A stretch of DNA of 64,000 bases from contig CAWJBB010000074.1 of assembly GCA_963840855.1 (NCBI GenBank), positions 9,214 to 73,213 of the forward strand, written 5' to 3'. A program made the position numbers and the translations under genes. Source of the DNA: an uncultured delta proteobacterium. Its GTDB lineage: Bacteria > Desulfobacterota > Binatia > UBA9968. Below the pieces are notes generated by a model. The model made no database searches. It saw nothing but the letters and a program-made list of their open reading frames with translations, and was not told the origin of the DNA. Below are positions 33,901 to 44,844 of this stretch, one piece after another. The stretch's first letter is position 1; each line of letters begins with the position of its first letter.

Positions 33901-34099
33901 AAACTCCTTTCTGGTCGCGAGCTTCAATATCAGAGGCCGTATCGACGACCCGACGATCACGCCGGCGCCGTTGGGCACGCTTTCGGAAATGTTTTGGGGA
34001 GTGCTGGGAATTCCCAAGAGCTTGATTCCCTTCGCCGGCGACGCGAATGATGCCCAAAAGGAAGTGCCGCAAGACCAACTGCCCGCGCCAAGTCGATGA
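30974..34099 (+). CDS. AsmA-like/YhdP-type envelope-spanning protein
   Basis: N-terminal TM anchor, long beta-rich body, C-terminal AsmA_2-like GVYSTDNL..GAGKID..IRGRIDDPTI. Confidence 0.82.
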   Translation: MRMLLKLTAFLTAAVLLFFVVVSLAFFHLVRTGEFRRYLITEIEQQTELKLQLGEADLEIGRILGISFHNVAVAESDLAAPALSAELVTARVALWPLLDRRLVFYEVRLKKPDARLARDSEGKIPLLERLLNLPFLKQGNAQFTFDLRTVNIADGEIEFTDHYSETAPATTRLHQVALVLERVQGQALREFLANWLVLKPKQPQGAALKFAIAAGVERDGQQAKLHAQGKLVFPDDRLDLTRAWHDVDARIDKMPAAMAQVYGGKLLTVKSLRGTLDSRLHFEGNLHQRARVSGKVGFERLSVDAPELFATPLDAGDGQLQIEIDWRPGQWEVSRMDYRSKDLALGVKGQARRVADGDTHLRLDLGAKPLSVALLKKYFPARWLASSKIEQVVSAATEGELQIHKAGVNAKVAEIRRVLESGFGEGLWFDVEVRNVSGNFPGGYPPLRAVNGRIALENGRFAFSNLRGVSGRIHLTDVDGSLDYSPASPGVLQLRARGEADLGELREQAQRGLMPAEFANLVLPVQALGGMGKFDITLTRPADSKPRAEGKVALESARLQWDKYVLTDINGDFAFTPTEIKTDKVRALISGAPVEARLALKNYAADDGVFDLAVDSPGVKAGIVSRLLLETGSIQDPGIVRGSVRYQGSFNDKQDRKFTGNLELFNVQLATHPLLQPLRQLNGKISIDESGIEFQDMKGLLVGFAASASGRWRYAQRPQLIFDFTAPNLDITYLISQIDPEPGDFYANLQAEGRLALGQGRINNFEFTDSKSNLILDRRIWRFSNLTLRAGGGTGSGPLTVVHKLDTLEIIAEPRAKNVPIAVFLRWFDLSNAEISGTVDLTGKFDTAGKGNAERKRNLNGAFNLKIADGTIYRMRILVQLLNVLDLSRWFTFQLPDLRKQGIRFRAITGDFKVASGVYSTDNLLVDSDDLRMTGAGKIDASRDEIDFIVAVRPFAGIDAAITHIPLLGRGIAAIKNSFLVASFNIRGRIDDPTITPAPLGTLSEMFWGVLGIPKSLIPFAGDANDAQKEVPQDQLPAPSR

Positions 34100-34383
34100 A
34101 GCCGCAACTGTTGCTCTATTCGCGAAAGGATTGCTGTCTCTGCGACGAGATGAAGAAAGTCATTCGCCGGGTCGCGGATAACATGCCGCTGGCGCTCGAA
34201 GAGATCGACGTTGACAGCGCTCCTGAATCGCGCGACCAATACGGTGACGAAATTCCAGTGCTGTTTATAAACGGCAGAAAAGCGTTTAAGTACCAGGTCA
34301 CGGCGCGGCAGCTGGAAGCAAGAATTGGCGGAAAAGTCCCTTTCATGAAGACTTTCACGAAGAGGATATTTAACCGCTCGTGA
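34096..34383 (+). CDS. Glutaredoxin-like protein (DUF836)
   Basis: LYSRKDCCLCDEM..IDVD..YGDEIPVLFING. Confidence 0.88.
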   Translation: MKPQLLLYSRKDCCLCDEMKKVIRRVADNMPLALEEIDVDSAPESRDQYGDEIPVLFINGRKAFKYQVTARQLEARIGGKVPFMKTFTKRIFNRS

Positions 34384-34420
34384 CTTTATGATGCCAATCA
34401 TACCATAGGAAGGCATTGCA

Positions 34421-34528
34421 ATGGCGAATCAAATTGTCTGGTGTGATATCCCGGTGCTTGATTTAGACGGGGCGATCCGTTCAGTGGTGCTGGGCGCAGT
34501 GGCACAAAACCGGAATTTCCCGGAATGA
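34421..34528 (+). pseudogene. 5' remnant of a VOC/glyoxalase family gene
   Basis: MANQIVWCDIPVLDLDGAI followed by an early stop; AGGAAGG RBS. Confidence 0.55.
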
Positions 34529-34554
34529 ATCTAAGAACTTGCGAGAGTTATACA

Positions 34555-34959
34555 ATGATCAAGACCATAGCGCGTCGGTGCCTGCCTTTGGTTCCTGTGC
34601 TCCTTGCGGTCGCTTGTCTGACGCTGCCGGCGGGTGCGGCACAACCCGTCAAGACAAAGTCCCCGCCCGCCAAAGAGGGGCCGGCAACTTGGTTGCTCGC
34701 CGGGCGCGAAGGCGAATGCGCGCCGCTTTCACTGCTGGAGAAAAAAGGGACCGAGTTCCGTGGTATCGACAGCCCCGAACTTCTGGCCAAGAAAATGCGC
34801 GCGGCCGGCCATAAAGTTGAGATTAAAGAGCATACTCTGGCCAGCCGCCCGGCAGTGGAAGTCCGAGTTCCCGAGCGCGGACTTTACGTGATGTTCGTTA
34901 AAGCCGAGTTGTGCCCGAAGATCGAAGGGACGGACGACACGAAGACGCCAAAACGTTAA
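34555..34959 (+). CDS. Hypothetical exported protein
   Basis: Signal-peptide-like N-terminus ending in AGA-A; two Cys in the mature part. Confidence 0.65.
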   Translation: MIKTIARRCLPLVPVLLAVACLTLPAGAAQPVKTKSPPAKEGPATWLLAGREGECAPLSLLEKKGTEFRGIDSPELLAKKMRAAGHKVEIKEHTLASRPAVEVRVPERGLYVMFVKAELCPKIEGTDDTKTPKR

Positions 34960-35012
34960 CCTGATTGCTCTTGTGCGGAGGAGAAATTATATCGCACCAG
35001 GAGCTGATCGTC

Positions 35013-35094
35013 GTTCAAGGTTCAAGTCTGCCCTGAGCTTGCCGAACGGGTTCAATCTTCAACGTCCCCTCCCCATCTTGAACGCGGAACTTTG
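35013..35094. repeat. GTTCAAG array with CCCTGAGCTTGCCGAACGG module
   Basis: Shares modules with 39670-39798. Confidence 0.75.
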
Positions 35095-35111
35095 ATCTCA
35101 TTCGTCTCCGA

Positions 35112-36947
<1,836 letters not shown>

Positions 36948-37031
36948 TCTATAATATTCGGGAGCACGGCGTCATTGTCAAGCGGCGCCCCGGCCGAGTT
37001 TTCGTTTGACGCCGACCGGCATGTGAGTACA

Positions 37032-37265
37032 ATGGCCGGCAGATTGCCGCGGGCGGTGCTGGCGAAATTAACCGTTGGCGCAGTCAGCCAGTCGAAGTTA
37101 ACGCTGCGCACCGGCTTTAGCGACGATAAAACCTTGCAAGCGATGATCAATGACATGATAAAAATCACCAAAGTCCAACGCGACATCAAAGTTGGCGATG
37201 TCTTCGAGTTGGCTTTCGTGAAAAAGGTCAACGACGAACTAAAGGGAGCGGGTTGGAAATCGTAG
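37032..37265 (+). pseudogene. C-terminal remnant of an NMT1-like substrate-binding protein
   Basis: Ends DVFELAFVKKVNDELKGAGWKS, typical of SBP C-termini; only 77 aa. Confidence 0.45.
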
Positions 37266-37270
37266 AAACG

Positions 37271-37370
37271 GGTTCAATGTTCAAAGTAACGCGCCTGTGG
37301 CGCTCGGTTCAAAGTTCAATGTTCAAGGTTCAAGGTGGACGGAGGTTGAACCTTGACTGTTGAACCGGAA
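37271..37370. repeat. GTTCAAR array with ACGCGCC..GGCGC module and inverted TTGAAC array
   Basis: Six GTTCAA units; module shared with 39670-39798. Confidence 0.8.
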
Positions 37371-37459
37371 TCTCGACTGCCAGCTCATTGTTCTATTTGC
37401 TTCGCCCGCACAATGTGTTAACGACCTTACAAAATGCACAAATTCCGCGGAGGTCTCCC

Positions 37460-37894
37460 ATGGATTGGATTTTGGAAACATCACCGACTTTTTCTTATGT
37501 GTTCCTGCGCCTGGGTCTTGCGGTCACGTTCTTTGCCCACTCGACACAACAAATTTTTGGCTGGAATGGCGGCCGAGGATGGAAGGGCATGCTCGACAAC
37601 TGGAATGAAAAATATCATATACCCGTCGCATTCGGCGTACTCGGCATGGCGATCGAGTTCTTGGGCGCCTTCGCCATGTTGTTGGGTTTTTTAACGCGGC
37701 CCTTCGCCCTCGGTTTGGCGCTTTTTATAGCTATGGCTATCCTGAAATCTCATTGGGGGCATGGCTTCTTCCTGGCGCGCCGGCCGGGCGAGGCCAGCGG
37801 CGTCGAGTACACCCTGGCGCTATTCCTCATGGCCATGGCGCTGGTTTTTGGCGGTGGCGGCGCGCTATCCATCGATGCGCTTCTCAGCCGGTGA
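37460..37894 (+). CDS. DoxX family membrane protein
   Basis: FLRLGLAVTFFAHSTQQIFGW, EFLG..LLGFLTR, GVEY, GGGALSID; GGAGG RBS. Confidence 0.9.
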   Translation: MDWILETSPTFSYVFLRLGLAVTFFAHSTQQIFGWNGGRGWKGMLDNWNEKYHIPVAFGVLGMAIEFLGAFAMLLGFLTRPFALGLALFIAMAILKSHWGHGFFLARRPGEASGVEYTLALFLMAMALVFGGGGALSIDALLSR

Positions 37895-37907
37895 GATCGG
37901 CGCAAAT

Positions 37908-37955
37908 ATCGTGCTCGTTTTGCGAGCACGAGCTACGAACACGAACAACGAATAC
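37908..37955. repeat. 6-mer (CGAGCA/CGAACA) array with inverted TCGTGC units
   Basis: tcgtgctcgt ... cgagcacgagctacgaacacgaacaacga. Confidence 0.6.
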
Positions 37956-37971
37956 CGCGCGGAGTGAAACT

Positions 37972-38853
37972 TCAAATTCCTATATTGTCTTCGGGTTTAC
38001 GCTTATGCTTGTCCTTCACCCGCGGAATACCGCTCCAGTCACCCTTCATCCAATACTCCGTCAGGCTACCAAACGCACCGAGGAGCATGCCCAGGGCGAG
38101 GATAAAATACCAGAGAGCGTCGCCGAAAGGGCTGATCATGCCCATGAGCGTGGCCACCAGTTGCGCCGTGCCGGTACCGAAGACGATTCCTAGGAACAGA
38201 CGAGTTTCGCGCTGAAACCCGGTGTGAGTCGAATAGATTCCCAAGAACATACTCACGAAAAAGGCCAAAAACGGCGCCAGCACGAGGGCGAAAATCGCGC
38301 CGGCGCCACCACCGCGGGTTGATGCGTTTTCGAGAGCTTCTTCATCGGTGATGGCCGCGGAGCGAAACTCGCCCGAGATGACGCCAAAGATGAAATGCAC
38401 GCCGCCATAAATACCCAAGTCGGGACGGAGGCCGTTGATATAGAGGTCGAGAGAGGATTGCAGTTTTTGCGTGGCCTCTGTTTTCGGGAAGCGCGGTTCA
38501 AGTTCCGCGCCGACGTGAATGCCGACGAGATGTTCTTTGCGCGCGACCACCACAAGCACGGCCCTATTTAGCTCTTTTTCATCAAGCGGCAGGCCCCGAA
38601 ACGCCTTGCCCGCGAGCGCTTCGATGTTTTCATTTTCTTCCAGACTCGGCACCGTCAGCACGGCGACCGTGTGGCTGCTCTGGATTTTGAAGCGTTTCAG
38701 ACGCTGCGTAAGATCGTCGTAACTCGCAGGCGGGATCATGCCGGCGAAGTCGTTTACGGTTGCCTGGAGCGGCGGCAATTCGCGGCATAGAGCCGGACCG
38801 CCGCCGTACAGGAGGCTGGTGAGAATAACGGCGCGCAATAGGGCTGCGAACAT
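37972..38853 (-). CDS. TPM domain (DUF477) membrane protein
   Basis: VNDFAGMI, VAVLTVPSL, VLVVVARKE..IHVG, C-terminal TM helices. Confidence 0.8.
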   Translation of the reverse strand: MFAALLRAVILTSLLYGGGPALCRELPPLQATVNDFAGMIPPASYDDLTQRLKRFKIQSSHTVAVLTVPSLEENENIEALAGKAFRGLPLDEKELNRAVLVVVARKEHLVGIHVGAELEPRFPKTEATQKLQSSLDLYINGLRPDLGIYGGVHFIFGVISGEFRSAAITDEEALENASTRGGGAGAIFALVLAPFLAFFVSMFLGIYSTHTGFQRETRLFLGIVFGTGTAQLVATLMGMISPFGDALWYFILALGMLLGAFGSLTEYWMKGDWSGIPRVKDKHKRKPEDNIGI

Positions 38854-38863
38854 CGAAATACTC

Positions 38864-39649
38864 TTAGGCCTTAAATGTCTTTGCCGCCGCGAGCCGTATA
38901 TTTTGGTCCAGCGCCGCCATCCGCGCTTCGGACAGGGGAAAACCGAACTGTTCGTTACGCATGCGCAAGCGCTGGCTGGAGACTTCGGTGATAATGCGCG
39001 CCGCGCGCAGGTACGTGGCCCGGGTTTTGATCAACGCATCCAAAGAACGGCCGCCGGCGTTCTTGTGTTCCGTTTCATCCAACAGGATTTGCTTGAACGC
39101 GCGGGCGATTTTTCTCTCGAAGCCGTTTCTCTTGAGCTTGCTGCAAACCAGGTACAGCGCGCCGCCGCCCCCCTCGGTGATCGTGATGGCGGCCCGCTCC
39201 AGCGCTTCGTCCTGGCGGCGGATTTCCTTTGTCTTGATCAATCCCGTGCCGTGCAGCAGCGTCGCGTAACTCGGCGAATAGCGCGCGCGGATCCGGGCGA
39301 GTTTTTTGTCCTCGGGCAGCCACAGCAAGTCGGCAAAGGTGGTTTTTTTGCGTCTGATCTCTTCCAGGAGATCCATGATCAGCCGCGCATGCTTGGTTTC
39401 GTCGGCGAGTTTTTCCGTCAGCGCCGCGAAATCATGGCGGTGGATACCGCGGTCCACCTCAGGGTAGAGTTTGGCAAGCGCGGTGAAGATGGGCTTGATG
39501 GCGGAGTATTCTTTATACGCCTGAGCGCTTAGCCACCTGAGGTGGTCTTTTTTTCTGCGCGGTTTTCTAAAAAAGGCCGCAATGATCGCCACTTCGGCGG
39601 CGCGATAAGCCGCGGCAAGTTTGCGCAATCGTTGGACGTAACGATTCAC
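38864..39649 (-). CDS. Ferritin-like (diiron-carboxylate) protein
   Basis: E..(KEYSA), DETKH, EGGGG, DETEH ligand pattern; GTG start after AAGGAAG. Confidence 0.7.
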   Translation of the reverse strand: MNRYVQRLRKLAAAYRAAEVAIIAAFFRKPRRKKDHLRWLSAQAYKEYSAIKPIFTALAKLYPEVDRGIHRHDFAALTEKLADETKHARLIMDLLEEIRRKKTTFADLLWLPEDKKLARIRARYSPSYATLLHGTGLIKTKEIRRQDEALERAAITITEGGGGALYLVCSKLKRNGFERKIARAFKQILLDETEHKNAGGRSLDALIKTRATYLRAARIITEVSSQRLRMRNEQFGFPLSEARMAALDQNIRLAAAKTFKA

Positions 39650-39669
39650 GTCTCTTCCTTTGGTCGAGA

Positions 39670-39798
39670 GTTCAAGGTTCAAAGTGACGCGCCTTTGGCG
39701 CGCGGTTCAAAGCCTACCCTGAGCTTGCCGAACGGGTTCAATGTTTAAGGTTCAAGGTGGGGAGGGGACGTTGAACATTGAACCTTGAACTTTGAACG
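39670..39798. repeat. Composite GTTCAAG/TTGAAC array carrying three shared modules
   Basis: Contains the 37271 module, the 35013 module and the reverse complement of the 35013 core. Confidence 0.85.
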
Positions 39799-39856
39799 GA
39801 CATGGATCTCAATTGTCCAGCCATTCTCAATTTGTTCACGTTGGTGGAGCCCCGGG

Positions 39857-40372
39857 TCATTTCGGCGGCAGCGGTACGACCCATCCGCATTTGCGGCAGG
39901 TTCTCAGGGACTCGTCGTGGTAAAACGTCTGATGCACCTGGGAGACTGGATCCTGGCGGTAATCGCCGACTTCGGCTGTGACCTCGTAGATCTTTTCGCC
40001 GCACTGGTCACAAAACCAGATGAACCGATCTATTTCTCCGGGTCTACGCTTGCGCTCGAAGACAATGAACCAGGAGTTTTCTTCGACCCTCGGCGAATGC
40101 GGCACGCCGCCGGGACAGAGCAGCATCTGGCCCGCTTTGATAACAGCCGTGTGCTCGCGGCCATCCGGCGCGCGATGAACCAAATTCTGCATCCCGCTCA
40201 ATTGCAGCGTGACCTCGTCGGCCGGGTCGATGTGAAAGTCCCTGCGCTCTTTGCGCCCGCTACTCAAGAACGCGATGGACTCGGAGTCCTGCCAGAGCAC
40301 ACGGCGACCCTTACCTTCCGCTTTGACGTTCTCGACAATCTCTTTGAGGTCGATGGGGATGAGTTCCTTCAT
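39857..40372 (-). CDS. nbaC: 3-hydroxyanthranilate 3,4-dioxygenase-like cupin
   Basis: RRDFHIDPADE, VPHSPR, and rubredoxin-like CDQC / CRKC. Confidence 0.8.
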   Translation of the reverse strand: MKELIPIDLKEIVENVKAEGKGRRVLWQDSESIAFLSSGRKERRDFHIDPADEVTLQLSGMQNLVHRAPDGREHTAVIKAGQMLLCPGGVPHSPRVEENSWFIVFERKRRPGEIDRFIWFCDQCGEKIYEVTAEVGDYRQDPVSQVHQTFYHDESLRTCRKCGWVVPLPPK

Positions 40373-40418
40373 GGGCTGAATATAGCGCTTTCGAAACCGT
40401 TTGGGCAATAGAGTTGAA

Positions 40419-40470
40419 TAACAAGCTGTTGAAGAACTCCTCCGGAGTCCCTTCGAGGGGCTCAGGATAA
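40419..40470. mobile_element. MITE left-end remnant
   Basis: TAACAAGCTGTTGAAGAA..CGGAGTCCCTTCGAGGGGCTCAGG resembles 10445-10500. Confidence 0.5.
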
Positions 40471-40556
40471 AATTCGCGACCGGGTAGCGTGTAGTCTTGA
40501 CGGTGGAAGCAACGGGGTGATAGGTTTTTTTCGAGAATAATTCTCGGAGGTGTTTC

Positions 40557-41348
40557 ATGGCTGAACGAGTTTGGGATCGTTTTTTGACGGACCAGGACAA
40601 GGCTACATTGGTCGGAAAGCCACACCGCTCCGTCGGTTTCGGCGAGCGGCCGGCGTTGTTGTTGATCGATCTTTATCGTTGGGTTTTCGGCGACAAGCCG
40701 GAGCCGGTGACTGAAGCGATCAAGACCTGGCCGGGGAGCTGCGGGCTGGCGGGCTGGAACGCGCTGCCTCATATTCAGAAACTCATCGCCAAGGCGCGCG
40801 AGGTGGGGATTCCCGTCATTCACATCACCGGCTTGGACGGCGTTGCCGTCGAGCCTTGGTCTTTTCGGCGCGACGGTAAAAAACGCGCCACCATGGGCGC
40901 CGAAGATCTCGATCGTTTTCGCCGGCGCTTCGACATCGTCGATCAAGTAAAACCGATTCCCGGCGAAACCGTACTCAGAAAAACTTCGCCGAGCGCGTTT
41001 TGGGGCACGCCGCTCATCGGCCATCTCAATTTTCTCGGCGTCGATACGATCATCACCTGCGGAGAGAGCACCAGTGGCTGCGTGCGCGCTAGCGTGGTCG
41101 ATGGCACGACCAACCGGCTGCGCATGGTCGTCGCCGAAGAGTGTGTCTTCGACCGGCACGAAGCCTGCCACGCGATCAATCTATTCGACATGAACCAGAA
41201 GTACGCCGACGTGTTGCCGCTCGACGAGATTCTTAAATATCTCGACGCCTGGCGCGCCGAAAAGGCTGGGCAAGTGGGCTACGCCAACGACAGCATCGCC
41301 TATTTAAAAGATCTCGGGATCGGCGAGGAGTATAAGGGGCTGCGCTAA
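40557..41348 (+). CDS. Isochorismatase-family cysteine hydrolase (maleamate/N-carbamoylsarcosine amidase-like)
   Basis: GFGERPALLLID, K..PSAFWGT, GESTSGCVRASVVD. Confidence 0.88.
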   Translation: MAERVWDRFLTDQDKATLVGKPHRSVGFGERPALLLIDLYRWVFGDKPEPVTEAIKTWPGSCGLAGWNALPHIQKLIAKAREVGIPVIHITGLDGVAVEPWSFRRDGKKRATMGAEDLDRFRRRFDIVDQVKPIPGETVLRKTSPSAFWGTPLIGHLNFLGVDTIITCGESTSGCVRASVVDGTTNRLRMVVAEECVFDRHEACHAINLFDMNQKYADVLPLDEILKYLDAWRAEKAGQVGYANDSIAYLKDLGIGEEYKGLR

Positions 41349-41379
41349 CGCGCTTCGCGCGGCAGCGAGGGTAACTCGA

Positions 41380-41694
41380 ATGGACATACCCCAGATTCAA
41401 ATTCACGAAGCCAAGAAAAAGTTCGACCTGAAGCAGTGCCTGTTCGTCGATATCCGCGATCCGAGCTCGTACGGCGCGGCGCATATTCCCGGCGCGCTCC
41501 ATTTGCACGATGGCAACGTGCAAGAGTTCGTTCAGAATACCGACAAAAATGCCGAGGTGGTGGTCTATTGCTACCACGGCAATAGCAGTTTGGGCGCTGC
41601 CGCGTACTTCATTGAAAATGGCTTCAAGAACGTCGCGAGCATGAGTGGCGGCTTCGAAGCGTGGCGCCAGGTGTACGAGCATGATTCCGGATAA
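41380..41694 (+). CDS. glpE: Single-domain rhodanese, GlpE-like
   Basis: VDIRD, HIPGA, active-site loop CYHGNSS, GGFEAW. Confidence 0.88.
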   Translation: MDIPQIQIHEAKKKFDLKQCLFVDIRDPSSYGAAHIPGALHLHDGNVQEFVQNTDKNAEVVVYCYHGNSSLGAAAYFIENGFKNVASMSGGFEAWRQVYEHDSG

Positions 41695-41699
41695 AAAAG

Positions 41700-41769
41700 T
41701 TTCAAGTTTCTTGTTTCTGGTTTTGGGACGGCAAACAACTAGAAACTTGAGACCAGGAACTAGGAACTA
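41700..41769. repeat. 7-mer array (GTTTCNN) with inverted (AACTAGG) array
   Basis: gtttcaa-gtttctt-gtttctg-gttttgg ... aactaga-aacttga-gaccagg-aactagg-aact. Confidence 0.75.
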
Positions 41770-41779
41770 AGGAGATCAT

Positions 41780-42733
41780 ATGGGTGCAATCGTTGGCAGC
41801 GGTGAATACCGCTACGAGGTCATCGAAGGGTGGGGAAAGCTGCCGGACGGATGGACGTTTCGGGAAGTGGCCGCGGTAGGTGTCGACAAAAACGATAACG
41901 TTTATTGTTTCACCCGCGGCGACCATCCGGTAATCGTCTTCGACCGCGACGGTAACTTTTTGCGGTCGTGGGGCGAAGGCGTCTTCAAGCGCGCCCACGG
42001 CGCCACTATCGGTGCCGATGACACCATCTATCTCACCGATGACGGCGACCACACAGTGCGTAAATGTACTCTGGATGGCAAAGTTCTGTTGACGTTGGGC
42101 GTGCCTGGTCACGCTGCGCCGTACCAGGGCGGCGAGCCTTTCAACCGCTGCACCCACGTGGCGTTCTCGCCCGGGGGCGATATCTACGTTTCCGACGGCT
42201 ATGGCAACTCGCGCGTGCACAAGTATTCGCCCGATGGCAAGCTGCTCTTTTCCTGGGGCGAGCCGGGCTGCGATCCAGGGCAGTTCAATATCGTGCATAA
42301 TATCTGCACCGATAAGGAGGGATGGGTGTACGTCGCCGACCGGGAGAATCACCGCGTTCAAGTCTTCGCCGGCAATGGCAAATACGAGACGCAGTGGAAT
42401 AACATGCACCGGCCTTGCGCGCTCTACATGGATGTTACGAAAAAAGACCCCGTCTGTTACGTCGGCGAGTTGGGACCCGGCATGAGCGTGAACCAGCAGG
42501 CTCCCAACCTGGGCAATCGGCTCGATATTTACGATAAGACTGGCAAACGATTGGCGCGGCTGGGCGATATCTTTCCCGGCGAGAAGCCCGGGCAGTTTAT
42601 CGCGCCGCATGGTATCGCCCTGGACTCCCGCGGCGATGTGTACGTCGCCGAGGTGTCGTGGACGATCATGGGTCAGCGTTTGCAGCCGCCGCGGGAGCTA
42701 CGCAGTCTGCAGAAGCTGAAAAAGCTGAATTAA
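41780..42733 (+). CDS. NHL-repeat beta-propeller (peptidyl-alpha-hydroxyglycine lyase-like)
   Basis: YVSDGYGNSRV, VYVADRENHRVQVF, APHGIALDSRGDVYVAE. Confidence 0.88.
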   Translation: MGAIVGSGEYRYEVIEGWGKLPDGWTFREVAAVGVDKNDNVYCFTRGDHPVIVFDRDGNFLRSWGEGVFKRAHGATIGADDTIYLTDDGDHTVRKCTLDGKVLLTLGVPGHAAPYQGGEPFNRCTHVAFSPGGDIYVSDGYGNSRVHKYSPDGKLLFSWGEPGCDPGQFNIVHNICTDKEGWVYVADRENHRVQVFAGNGKYETQWNNMHRPCALYMDVTKKDPVCYVGELGPGMSVNQQAPNLGNRLDIYDKTGKRLARLGDIFPGEKPGQFIAPHGIALDSRGDVYVAEVSWTIMGQRLQPPRELRSLQKLKKLN

Positions 42734-42736
42734 TTT

Positions 42737-42895
42737 AACCGCAAAGAACCTAGCGCGGCAGAGCCGTAACCGAAACTCGGATTATCTCGCGCAAAGACGC
42801 AAAGGCCGCAAAGGTCGGAAAATAACGGTGAAAAATTCTCCAAGATAATTCATCTCTTCCCTCCGAACTTGGCGTGCTTTGCGCCTTGGCGGGAG
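42737..42895. repeat. 8/9-mer CGCAAAG array with inverted CTTTGCG/CTTGGCG units
   Basis: cgcaaagacgcaaaggccgcaaag ... cttggcgtgctttgcgccttggcg. Confidence 0.7.
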
Positions 42896-43006
42896 TCAAT
42901 TCCCTGTGTTCGAGTATTCCAGATCACCGGAAAATTTGCGCGAGCCGCGAAAAAAATGTGGGCATCGAGCACACAAAACGCAAAAAACAACGATTCGAGG
43001 TGAATC

Positions 43007-43819
43007 ATGCAGAGCAACGTCATTCAGCAGCGCGTGCCGGTCCACGGCGACCCGGGCCACTGGGTTCACGTCAGCGACAGTCCGCGCCACGTTCGGGTAT
43101 TCTTTGGTGGTGAAACGATTGCCAACAGCAAACGAGTCAAACTCGTTCGCGAACCTGAGGTTTTGCCGGCTTATTATTTCCCCAAGGAAGATGTCCGCAC
43201 GGAACTTTTCGTGCCGAGCCGGCACAACACGATTTGTCCGCAAAAGGGCGAAGCATCGTACTGGTCGATTCGATCCGGAAACAAATCGGCTGAGAACGCC
43301 GCATGGAGTTATTTGAACCCGTCGTCGCCGGCGGCTGGCATCAAGGACTATTTCGCCTTTGATTGGGCCCAGATGGACAAGTGGATGGAAGAGGATGAGG
43401 AGATATTCAAGCATGCGCGCGACCCGTTCAAACGGGTGGACGCGCTGCCGAGCAAACGTCACGTCCGCGTGGTCATCGATGGACAAACCGTCGCGGAGAC
43501 GCGCCGGCCCTGTCTGCTTTTCGAGACGAACCACCCCGTGCGCTACTACATCCCGCAAGACGACGTGCGCATGGATTTGCTCACGGCGAGCGCGACCACG
43601 TCGCGCTGCCCCTATAAAGGACCGGCGTCTTACTGGTCGGTGAATCTCGGCGGCGAGACGTTTGCCGACTTGGTCTGGGGCTACATGGAGCCGATTCCCG
43701 AATGTCCAAAAATCAAAGGCCTGCTCTGTTTCTTTCACGAGCGCGGCTGTGACATCTACGTCGATGGCGAGCTGATGGCGCGGCCACAAACGAAGTGGGC
43801 GCACGATTTGCGAGAGTAA
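43007..43819 (+). CDS. Tandem DUF427 domain protein
   Basis: Two repeats: YYFP..CPQKGEASYW and YYIP..CPYKGPASYW. Confidence 0.92.
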   Translation: MQSNVIQQRVPVHGDPGHWVHVSDSPRHVRVFFGGETIANSKRVKLVREPEVLPAYYFPKEDVRTELFVPSRHNTICPQKGEASYWSIRSGNKSAENAAWSYLNPSSPAAGIKDYFAFDWAQMDKWMEEDEEIFKHARDPFKRVDALPSKRHVRVVIDGQTVAETRRPCLLFETNHPVRYYIPQDDVRMDLLTASATTSRCPYKGPASYWSVNLGGETFADLVWGYMEPIPECPKIKGLLCFFHERGCDIYVDGELMARPQTKWAHDLRE

Positions 43820-43835
43820 ATCGCACTCCGAGGCC

Positions 43836-44787
43836 ATGCGCGCGCTCTACTGGAATGGTTGTAATCTAGAATTCGAATCCGCTTACCGCACGCCCGTGGC
43901 CGCCGGCCAAATCGCGCTAGTCAAGGTTCACCTCGCCGGCATCTGCTCCACCGATCTGCAAATCTTCAAGGGCTACATGGGGTTTACGGGCGTGCCCGGC
44001 CACGAATTCGTCGGCAGCGTTGTTGAAGGACCGCAAGAGCTCATCGGCAAGCGGGTTGTCGGAGAGATCAATTTTGGCTGCGGTCGCTGTGACTCTTGTG
44101 CCCGTGGCCTGAGCCGACATTGCCCGAACAGAACCGTAATGGGGATTCTCAACGCCGACGGCGCATTTGCGGAGTACGTTTCTGTACCGCCGGCGAATCT
44201 TCACGTCGTCCCCGATTCGGTGGGCGACGAAGAAGCGGTGTTCACCGAGCCGCTGGCGGCGGCGTTCGAGATCCTCGAGCAGGTTCAAGTGTGCCATGGC
44301 GACGAGGTTCTTGTTTTAGGCGACGGCAAGCTCGGTAATCTGTGCGCCCAGGTGATGCACCTTGCGAGCTCCCGGGTGACGGTACTGGGAAAACACGAAG
44401 ACAAACTCAACCTTCTTAAACGCCTCGGCCTGCGGACGATCCGATTGGACAATTGGCGGCCCAAGCAATTCGATGTCGTCGTCGAAGCGACGGGTTCGGC
44501 ATCAGGTCTGGAATTTGCGCTCAGCGCGATTCGCCCGCGCGGCACGCTGGTGCTCAAAAGCACCATCGCCGGCGATCATCAAGTGTCGCTGGCGCCGATC
44601 GTGATCAACGAAATCAACGTCATCGGCTCCCGCTGCGGCCCATTCGCGCCGGCCCTTGAAGCCTTAAAGGAAAGGCGCATCGCCGTGACGCCGTTGATCT
44701 GAGAAAATCTATCCATTGGCGGAGGGAACCGATGCCGTGGCCACGCGGCGCAGGCGCGGGGCGAAAAAGATTTTGTTGCAGCCGTGA
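43836..44787 (+). CDS. Zn-dependent medium-chain dehydrogenase (apparent frameshift at ~44700)
   Basis: GICSTD, GHEFVG, CGRCDSC..HC, GDGKLG; C-terminus EKIYPL..KKILLQP in the next frame. Confidence 0.88.
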
Positions 44788-44844
44788 TCTATGTGAGGGT
44801 GAATTCACTATAAAGGTGGAGGATGAAATGGTGCGAATTGTGGC

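Noticed and set aside
44698-44702. TGA in the dehydrogenase as selenocysteine
   Set aside because: The C-terminus continues in a different frame, so this is an indel and not read-through.
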